Assembly (NCBI GenBank): GCA_963844965.1
Contig: CAWJQC010000003.1
Span: 1-34,664, forward strand
Source: an uncultured bacterium
GTDB lineage: Bacteria; Patescibacteriota; Minisyncoccia; UBA6257; 2-01-FULL-56-20
Direction of reading: 5' to 3'
DNA length: 34,664 nucleotides
Shown: positions 10,463 through 17,242 of the stretch, one piece after another
How positions within the stretch are numbered: the first letter of the stretch is position 1
Layout of the letters: each line of letters opens with the position of its first letter
Made by a program: the position numbers and the translations under genes
Notes under the pieces: generated by a model
The model's database searches: none
The model's input: the letters and a program-made list of their open reading frames with translations, nothing else
What the model was told of the DNA's origin: nothing

Positions 10463-10825
10463 ATGAAAATAAATTCATATACAGACCTGATTGTTTGGCA
10501 AAAAGCAGTTGATTTAGTTGTGGAAGTTTATAATCTGACTGAGAAATTTTCCAAAAGCGAACTTTTTGGTCTAACTTCACAAATGAGACGGGCAGCAGTT
10601 TCTATTCCGTCTAATATTGCCGAGGGCAGGAGGAGAGGAACAAGAAAAGATTTTTGCCATTTTTTGGTTATCGCTTTTGGTTCAGGAGGAGAATTGGAAA
10701 CCCAAATAATAATTGCCAAGAAACTAAACTTTATAAAAATAGGCGAGTATTCAAAGGTCGATTTGTTATTAGACGAGGTTATGCGCATATTGAACGTCAT
10801 GATTCATAACCTGCAGGTTCATTAG
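10463..10825 (+). CDS. Four-helix-bundle protein (PF05635 / '23S rRNA IVS protein' family).
   Basis: 'DLIVWQKAVDLVVEVYNLTEKFSKSELFGLTSQMRRAAVSIPSNIAEG...ELETQIIIAKKL' is a near-consensus member. Confidence 0.8.
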   Translation: MKINSYTDLIVWQKAVDLVVEVYNLTEKFSKSELFGLTSQMRRAAVSIPSNIAEGRRRGTRKDFCHFLVIAFGSGGELETQIIIAKKLNFIKIGEYSKVDLLLDEVMRILNVMIHNLQVH

Positions 10826-10885
10826 CTGGTAGGTCGTAGCCTGTAGGAATTTACAAGCTAAAAAGCTACTAGCTACAAACTAATT
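10826..10885. repeat. Right-flank copy of the GGTAGG...CTACAAGCTAAAAAGCTAC hairpin repeat.
   Basis: ctggtaggtcgtagcctgtaggaatttacaagctaaaaagctactagctacaaac. Confidence 0.7.
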
Positions 10886-11060
10886 CGGCCGGAGTCTTTA
10901 ATCACGCAGCGGCTCAAGCCGCGCGGGTTAAAGAGAGTTTGCTGATATAAACCACGATTTCGCCGCCCCGTTAGGGAGCTGTGAATGTTGGGCTAAACTA
11001 ACAGGGCATTGTTGGCAAGCAGCTGTTTTACGGCTGCTGAGACAGTCCAGCGCGAAATAT

Positions 11061-11188
11061 TTTGCTGCGGACAACTACTGGTCTTCTGCCGAGAACGATG
11101 CCGCGAACGCCTACAACGTGAATTTCACGAATGGCGGCGTGAACAACAACAACAAGACCAACGCCAACTACGTCCGCTGCGTCCAAGG
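11061..11188 (+). other. DGR template repeat (TR).
   Basis: AAC-rich (reads as AADNYWSSAENDAANAYNVNFTNGGVNNNNKTNANYVRCVQG*). Every difference from the VR is at a TR adenine. Confidence 0.85.
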
Positions 11189-11227
11189 TTGATTTATAAA
11201 AGCGAAAATCGCCGATATTTCAAAAAA

Positions 11228-11584
11228 ATGCGCAACACCGAGCGATTGCCTCTTTATCACAAGACATACGGACTAATCAAGCATTTATACGGCGTGATCA
11301 GGAGCTTTCCCAAGGAATATAAATATTCTATGGGGAGCGAAATCATGAATCTTTCGTGGAAATGCCTTGACCTTATTATTGAAGCGAACGCCTACCCCAA
11401 TGCTCAAAAGAGCGTGAAAGTCGCCGAATTAAGCGCGGCATACGATAAATTAAAAATGCGGCTGCGGATGAGCCAGGAAATCAACCTGACATCAGCCGGC
11501 CAATTCGCTCATCTTGAAGAAAATTACATGCTGGAAATAGGGAAAATGATTGGCGGCTGGAAAAAATGGGCGGGGGCAGAATAA
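11228..11584 (+). CDS. avd: Avd (DGR accessory variability determinant).
   Basis: About 118 aa, placed between TR and RT. It matches the bAvd pattern (Y..L..L..V.R.FPK.YKY..G..I....W.CLDLII.A...K.......LS...D.L...LR......I......H.E...LEIGKMIGGWKK) and has the C-terminal GGW motif. Confidence 0.7.
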   Translation: MRNTERLPLYHKTYGLIKHLYGVIRSFPKEYKYSMGSEIMNLSWKCLDLIIEANAYPNAQKSVKVAELSAAYDKLKMRLRMSQEINLTSAGQFAHLEENYMLEIGKMIGGWKKWAGAE

Positions 11585-11620
11585 ATTTCTAATTTCTAAT
11601 TGACCTAATTGATTTAAATA
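11584..11620. repeat. Left inverted-repeat arm (aatttctaatttctaattgacctaatt...) of a MITE-like element.
   Basis: Its reverse complement recurs at 11863-11900. The same family, without cargo, is at 28797-28887. Confidence 0.65.
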
Positions 11621-11833
11621 ATGTTCAATTCCAAAATCCCAAACAAAGATAAATATGATTTGGAAGAAAGAACCGCAAAATTCGGCGAAGAAGTTATCAG
11701 ATTTTGCCAAGAATTGCCCCAAAATGAAATAACCAGACCGATAATAAATCAGCTGATAAAATGCGCAAAATTATGGGTTGAAGCCAAAGAGTTAAATCTG
11801 ATTTTCAACGCAATCAACAATAAATTGAAATGA
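11621..11833 (+). CDS. Truncated 4HB-family gene fragment (N-terminal two-thirds only).
   Basis: 'YDLEERTAKFGEEVIRFCQELPQNEITRPIINQLI' matches the 'FDLEERL..FA..II.L...LPK......I..QL.RS' N-terminus of 4HB proteins. It lacks the C-terminal helices. Confidence 0.4.
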   Translation: MFNSKIPNKDKYDLEERTAKFGEEVIRFCQELPQNEITRPIINQLIKCAKLWVEAKELNLIFNAINNKLK

Positions 11834-11862
11834 CGCTTTTGGTTATTGGGATTTAGGATTTA

Positions 11863-11900
11863 TTTAGGTCAATTAGAGCAATTAGAATAATTAGAAATTA
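11863..11900. repeat. Right inverted-repeat arm (tttaggtcaattagagcaattagaataattagaaatta).
   Basis: Its reverse complement matches the left arm at 11584-11620. Confidence 0.65.
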
Positions 11901-11903
11901 CCC

Positions 11904-13040
11904 ATGGCCATCTTCACCTATGAAAACCTGTATCGCGCGTATCTTGACTGCCGGCGCAATAAAAGAAAAACGATTAACGCGCTGAAATTTGAGATTGATT
12001 TAGAAAAGAATTTGTCTTTACTGCTTGAAGAATTAACGAGCCGTCGATACCAGCCAGGCCGCTCGATTTGTTCGTGGTCAAATATCCCCAGCCGCGGGAA
12101 ATATTCGCGGCTGATTTCCGCGACAGGATAGTGCACCATCTGCTGGTCGGCCAAATTCTGGCCGAAAGCGAAAAAAGCTTTTTTTACAACAGTTTCGCTT
12201 GCCGCAAAGGAAAAGGTACGCACAAGGCGGTCGGACTTTTGAGAAGATACCTGAAAAGCGCTTCCAGAAGCGGAAAAGAGAAAATATTTTACCTGCAATT
12301 GGATATCGGAAGTTTTTTCGTGTCAATCCGGCACCGCGTTTTATTTTCCATTTTCAGCGAATTTGTCGGCAAATTGAACCGGACCGAAGAATGGAAACAA
12401 GAAATTTTATGGCTGGCTGAAAAAATCATTTTTTACGAACCAGCCAAAAATTGCGAAATAAGAGGCGATAAGAGCTTGCTCGCGCTGATACCGCCGCACA
12501 AGTCGCTTTTTAACGCGCCGCCAGAACGGACTGCCGATTGGCAATTACACCTCGCAATTTTTCGCCAATATGTATCTGAACCGATTGGATTATTTCACCA
12601 AGCAGACGCTTAAGGAAAAATTTTATATCAGATATGTTGACGACATTGTGATTTTAGGAAAAAGCGCCGGCGCGCTTAAAGGTCTGATTCCCGAAATTAA
12701 CAGGTTTTTGAAAAAAGAATTGGAGATTGAACTGAATCTTGACAAGATCAAGTTCAAAAACGTTTCGGCGGGCATAGATTTTCTGGGCTATTTTGTGAAG
12801 CCGGATTACACGCTTGTCCGCCGCCGGGTGGTTAAGAATTGCAAGGAAAAAATCCGCCCTGCCCCCGAAGTTTCGAAAAAATTGGTCTCGCAAGCCAATT
12901 CTTATCTGGGGCATTTTATCCACGCCGCGAGCTACGGATTGAGAAAAATGATTTCAGAGAGGTTAATCAAAGCGGACAATTCTATACATTTTAGCAATGG
13001 CTATAAATCGATATTCGCAATAATTGGCGGGCAAAGAAAA
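11904..13040 (+). CDS. DGR-type reverse transcriptase. It is frameshifted (frame 0, then +2 near 12065, then back to 0 near 12520) and read through in frame into the downstream surface-protein gene.
   Basis: It carries these DGR-RT motifs:
- 'YQPGRSI / FVVKYPQPREIFAADFRDRIVHHLL'
- 'SFACRKGKGTHKAV'
- 'IFYLQLDIGSFF'
- 'GLPIGNYTSQFFANMYLNRLDYF' (found in frame 0)
- 'YIRYVDDIVILG' (the YxDD box)
- C-terminal 'SQANSYLGHFIHAASYGLRKMI'. Confidence 0.8.
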
Positions 13041-14975
13041 ATAATCAAAACGGCGGTTGCCGCGGCAGTTCTGCTCGCGGGCTTTTCGTTTGCTCATTCC
13101 GCCTCCGCCGCTTATTTCAAGACCGGCTCTTTGGTTTCCGCTAACCTCTTGGACGGCTTGACCAACGTCGGCGCGATTACCCAATTTAACGCCACAACTT
13201 CCATCGCGGCGGGCACTTCGGTAAGCGTCCAATTTTCCCGCAATAAACTTACCTGGTACAGCGCCTCCGGCACGGCGTTCGCCACAAGTTCGCTTTCGGA
13301 CGGCGCGAACAGCATTGACTTGTCGGCGTTGGGGTGGACCGGCCCGATTTTTTATTACAAGCTGCAATTCGCGACGAATGATTCAAGCATCACTCCGACT
13401 GTATCGGGCGTGGCCGTGAATTACAATTACAGCTCCGGACCGACGTACGAGTATTTCGGGCAAGGGTCTTTGGTTTCCGCCAATGTGCTTGACGGTCATA
13501 CGGACGTCGGCGCAATTACCGGATTTTCCGCTTCAACTACCGTGCCGGCCAGCACGACAATAACAGTCCAGTTTTCGCGCGACAAATTGGTTTGGTACAA
13601 CCATTCCGGCGTGGCGTACGCCGAAGACAGCTTGTCCAACGGCTCCAATGTCGTTAATTTGTCCGCTTTGAATTGGACCGGTCCGCTGATTTATTATAAA
13701 TTGCATTTTACCACAAGCGATGTCGGCCAGACGGCGGCTATTTCATCGGCCGAGATTGATTATTCAGCCGGTTCCGGCTCGGTATATTTCAAGCAAGGAA
13801 CATTGGTTTCAACAAATCTTTTGGCTGGCGGAGGGACGCTTAGCGGAAACGAATTGTTCGGCTATAACATTTCTTCTTTGCCTTCTGGAACAACGGTTCA
13901 GGTCCAATTCAGCACCAGTAGCGCCAATTGGTTCAGTTCCACTGGCACCGCTTGGGCGTGGGACACCTTGTCCAGCGGCAGCCACCTTACCGCTTCAACC
14001 GCGATTAACTTGTCCGCGCTTGGCTGGACCGGCGCCAGTTTTTATTACAAATTAGAATTCACAACGACTGATGCCGGCACAACTCCGACAGTCGCTCAAA
14101 TATCGCTCTTTACGCCGGGAGCGCTGCCCATCGTTACGGTTCTGATGACGGTCGTCTCAAGCAGCGCTCCCATCGTATCCGCCGTATCGGTGAACGGCGG
14201 CAATTCCATCACGCTCACGCCCGCGACAACGACCCCGATCAGCGTCAATTTCACGGTTACGGATTATTCCGGCTGTTCAAACGTTTTCACGAGCGGCAAC
14301 GTTACGACCACGCTTTACCGCATGGGCGTCGGGAGTTCGTGCGTGGCGGACAACCGCAACTGCTACAGGACTTCCTCGCAAACCAACAATTGCTCGGGCA
14401 GCGGTGCCAACGCCACGGCAACTTTGAATCTTTACTATTTCGCCGATTCCACCGGCAGCCAATCGCCGACCTCAAGTTATCCATCCGACCACTGGCAGGC
14501 CTATGTGCAGGCGCTGGACGGGACGGCGAACGCCACGGGCACCGCCACGTCAACCGTGAACGACGTTAATGTCTTGACGGCCATCACCGTTACAACTTCT
14601 TCCATCAACTACGGCACGATGTCGCCGAATGCGACGACCTCGGCCGCGAGCGACCAGCTCGCGACCGTGCAGAACGTCGGCAATTCGTCCACGACTTTGA
14701 AAATTTCCGGCACGGCGCTCGTAATGTCCTCGCCTTACGACGCGTTCGCAACGTCCAGCCAGCATTACGCCACATCCACTTTCCAGTGGAACGCCAGCGG
14801 CCCGGAGCAGCAACTTCAGCAAACACAAACAACGGTTCCGGGATTTTCTCTGACTACCCCCACCTCCACGAGTGCCGTGAGCGGTAACACTTATCGGGGC
14901 GTGCAAATTCCCGGCAGCGCGCAAAGCGGCGTGCACGTGGGGATGATAACGTTCAGCTCAAATTGGAGCCAATAA
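13041..14975 (+). CDS. Secreted surface protein with three tandem repeats of about 100 aa and the shared C-terminal domain. The start is uncertain because there is no canonical in-frame start codon.
   Basis: A signal-peptide-like 'KIIKTAVAAAVLLAGFSFAHSASA' is followed by three units of 'YFKxGSLVSxNLLDG...VQFS..KL.WY..SG.A.....LS.GSN...LSAL.WTGP..YYKL.FTT.D'. The tail is 'VSAVSVNGGN...DNRNCY...LYYFADSTGSQSPTSSYP...TVQNVGNSSTTL...QHYATSTF...WSQ*'. Confidence 0.55.
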   Translation: MIKTAVAAAVLLAGFSFAHSASAAYFKTGSLVSANLLDGLTNVGAITQFNATTSIAAGTSVSVQFSRNKLTWYSASGTAFATSSLSDGANSIDLSALGWTGPIFYYKLQFATNDSSITPTVSGVAVNYNYSSGPTYEYFGQGSLVSANVLDGHTDVGAITGFSASTTVPASTTITVQFSRDKLVWYNHSGVAYAEDSLSNGSNVVNLSALNWTGPLIYYKLHFTTSDVGQTAAISSAEIDYSAGSGSVYFKQGTLVSTNLLAGGGTLSGNELFGYNISSLPSGTTVQVQFSTSSANWFSSTGTAWAWDTLSSGSHLTASTAINLSALGWTGASFYYKLEFTTTDAGTTPTVAQISLFTPGALPIVTVLMTVVSSSAPIVSAVSVNGGNSITLTPATTTPISVNFTVTDYSGCSNVFTSGNVTTTLYRMGVGSSCVADNRNCYRTSSQTNNCSGSGANATATLNLYYFADSTGSQSPTSSYPSDHWQAYVQALDGTANATGTATSTVNDVNVLTAITVTTSSINYGTMSPNATTSAASDQLATVQNVGNSSTTLKISGTALVMSSPYDAFATSSQHYATSTFQWNASGPEQQLQQTQTTVPGFSLTTPTSTSAVSGNTYRGVQIPGSAQSGVHVGMITFSSNWSQ

Positions 14976-14983
14976 TCTTAAAA

Positions 14984-15036
14984 TTAACGACATCGTAAGT
15001 CATTAATTAATAATTAACGATGTCGTAAGTCGTTAA
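14984..15036. repeat. Two REP-like palindromes (TTAACGACATCGTAAGTCATTAA and TTAACGATGTCGTAAGTCGTTAA) between convergent genes.
   Basis: Seen directly. They are the same family as the hairpin at 4631-4657 and the palindrome at 15752-15774. Confidence 0.75.
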
Positions 15037-15722
15037 TCGAGCGAAACGTTTTTGACCTCTTCTATTTCAATATCCTTAAGCCACTGTTTTATATTTTTTT
15101 CGTATTCCGCGGGGCCGCCGAAAAATTTCATAAGAAATTCTCTATTAGTAACCGACGGAAAATTTTTCTTGCCGAGATAATCAAGGTGGCTTGACCAGCG
15201 GTAATTATCCAAGAATTTCATCGCTTCTCTATGGTTCTTGATCTCGCGTTCGCGCCATTCCGGCGCCGCGAGGTCCAGCGGGTTCACGTGTATGTAATAG
15301 GGGATATGGTTGAAATGCGATTCGTTCTTTATCACCATGGATTTGTACCTGCCTTCAAATAACGTCCCCTTCCTTTCGTATTTCTGATTGAAATATTTTG
15401 CGTATCCCACGTTGATTTTTTTCATAAACGCCGTGATAGCTCCATCCGTGCGCGGGGAAAGAAGGAGATGATAGTGGTTGGGCATTAGACAAAACGCGTA
15501 TATATCAACCAAGAGTTTTCTTGGTTCTCTTGGCTTTGATTTGCCGCCAATATAACGACTTGCGACATCGTTAGATTGGTTGAATCTATAAAAAGCGTTA
15601 TTTACCCTGTTTTGGTCGTTAAATTCAAAAAGATCGTGGATAAACCTCAAATAATCCTGTTTATCAAGGAAGATTTTGCGTTTATCCACGCCCCTGTTCA
15701 GTGTGTGGTAGACATCAGCCAT
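15033..15722 (-). CDS. REP-associated tyrosine transposase (RAYT), a Y1 HUH transposase of the IS200 type.
   Basis: HuH motif 'CLMPNHYHLLL', then 'GAITAFMKKINVGYAKYFNQKYERKGTLFEGRYKS', then 'YYIHVNPL'. REP-like palindromes flank it on both sides. Confidence 0.7.
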   Translation of the reverse strand: MADVYHTLNRGVDKRKIFLDKQDYLRFIHDLFEFNDQNRVNNAFYRFNQSNDVASRYIGGKSKPREPRKLLVDIYAFCLMPNHYHLLLSPRTDGAITAFMKKINVGYAKYFNQKYERKGTLFEGRYKSMVIKNESHFNHIPYYIHVNPLDLAAPEWREREIKNHREAMKFLDNYRWSSHLDYLGKKNFPSVTNREFLMKFFGGPAEYEKNIKQWLKDIEIEEVKNVSLD

Positions 15723-15751
15723 GCTTTTGCCTATAGGTTATAGCACGCCCA

Positions 15752-15774
15752 CTAACGATGTCGCAAGTCGTTAA
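15752..15774. repeat. REP-like palindrome CTAACGATGTCGCAAGTCGTTAA upstream of the RAYT gene.
   Basis: Seen directly. Confidence 0.7.
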
Positions 15775-15868
15775 TAATTTTGACGCTGGTCCTGGCGGAA
15801 CAAAAACCGGAGCGGAGTTGTGCACAGCAACCTTTTCGTCCGATTTACTATAATGAATAGGTAGGGAA

Positions 15869-16956
15869 ATGAACAAAAGCAACTCAGGTCTGACTCAAAT
15901 CGGCAAGGTTTTGCTCGTAGGGGTCGTCATCCTCGGGGTTTTTGGCTTTTTCTCAACTTTTCTCGGAGGCATCGGCGGTTTTCCGAGCAGGCAATCGGGT
16001 TCACCGGGGGAAACTGGATTCTCGGTTTGGGTTTCTTCGGCATTAATGTGGCTAACGCCACGGACACAACCAATACTCCCACAAGCACGGTCACCGTCGG
16101 AAACTCCGCCCCGACAGTTAGCGGCATAAAACTGAACAACAACAGCGATATCATTCTCACCGTCAACGCCACGACGGCGGTCGTCCTGAACTACACCGTA
16201 GCCGACAACAACGGCTGCTCCGACATCAACACGAACGCAATGACCTCCACATTGTTCGTGGCGAGCTCCTCGCCGTTCGTCGTTTGTAATTCCACATATC
16301 CGACGACAAGCAGCGTCTATTGCTACCTGTACTCTTCGCGAACAACGAGCAGCTGCAGCGGAAGTTCCTACAACGTCTCCGACACTTTCTGGCTTTATTA
16401 TTACGCCGCCGGCACGGGCAACGCCTCGGCGACCGACGGGTCATCCAGCTTTTGGGACGCCCACATAGTTGCGGTTGACAAGTCCTTAGCAACAGGCGAT
16501 GGGACCTCTTCCAACCAAAACGTCACCACTCTCATCGGGCTCACCGTCACGACCTCCACCATCAACTATGGCACCATGGCGGGCGGCGCCACCTCAAGCG
16601 TCGCGAACATCCTGACCCAAATCGCCACCACGACCAACGCCGGCAACGCGACGACATCCCTCAAACTTTCATCGCTGATAGATCTGTACAGCAGCGGCAC
16701 CGGCCAAGTCATCTCTTCAACCTACCAGCACTACTCCACATCGTCCTTCACTTACGGCGGCAACGAGCAGCAGCTTCAGGGGTCGTCAACGCCGCAGCTC
16801 GTCACCGGCTTAACGCTTTGGGTTGTGACGAGCACCGCGAGCGGCGCTTCAAGCAGCAAGGCGACCTGGTGGGGACTTCAGGCTCCCAGCGTGGCAACCG
16901 GCACTTACAACGGCCTCGTTACTTTCTCGTCGGTATGGACGGGAACGCAACAATAA
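15869..16956 (+). CDS. Small secreted protein with a long signal anchor and the shared C-terminal domain. It has one frameshift in a G5 homopolymer at 16006-16010.
   Basis: ORF 15869-16129 and ORF 16027-16956 join cleanly if one G is added: '...SGSPGGNWILGLGFFGINVANA|TDTTNTPTSTVTVGNSAPTVSGIKLNNNSD...'. The tail is 'QHYSTSSFTYGGNEQQL...VTFSSVWTGTQQ*'. Confidence 0.6.
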
Positions 16957-17003
16957 CAAAAAATCAGTTAACCATCTTGACAAAAAATCAGTTAACCATC
17001 TTG
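16957..17003 (+). repeat. Direct repeat of 2 x 24 bp (CAAAAAATCAGTTAACCATCTTGA).
   Basis: Seen directly, immediately after the stop at 16954-16956. Confidence 0.7.
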
Positions 17004-17023
17004 AGGAGTTAACAAACTGTGAA

Positions 17024-17051
17024 CAGGGGGCCCTTTGCCCCCTTTGTTTTT
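17024..17051 (+). terminator. Rho-independent terminator (aggggg-ccctttg-ccccc + TTTGTTTTT).
   Basis: GC stem plus T-run. Confidence 0.6.
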
Positions 17052-17130
17052 ATGGTACGATATGTTATGCTCTATCACATATGCGCGTGACGGTGTTGGA
17101 CGGCGCGCCACCTTCTGAAGAGGCGCGGTA

Positions 17131-17139
17131 TGGTATAAT
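17131..17139 (+). promoter_or_regulatory. TGGTATAAT extended -10.
   Basis: Perfect TGnTATAAT, 100 nt upstream of the 17243 gene. Confidence 0.4.
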
Positions 17140-17242
17140 AAAAAGCACGGAATTTGTTCATTAACTGATTAGCGAATTGCGGATTAAAGGTCAATTTTAA
17201 TTTATTAATACGTTAATCCGTTAGTTTATCCGTTAACCGATA

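Noticed and set aside
11009-11227. N-terminal 73 codons of ORF 11009-11584, which would make a 191-aa protein spanning the template repeat.
   Set aside because: This part is Arg/Gln-rich low-complexity text in a frame different from the VR-cognate TR frame. The Avd homology begins only at Met 11228.
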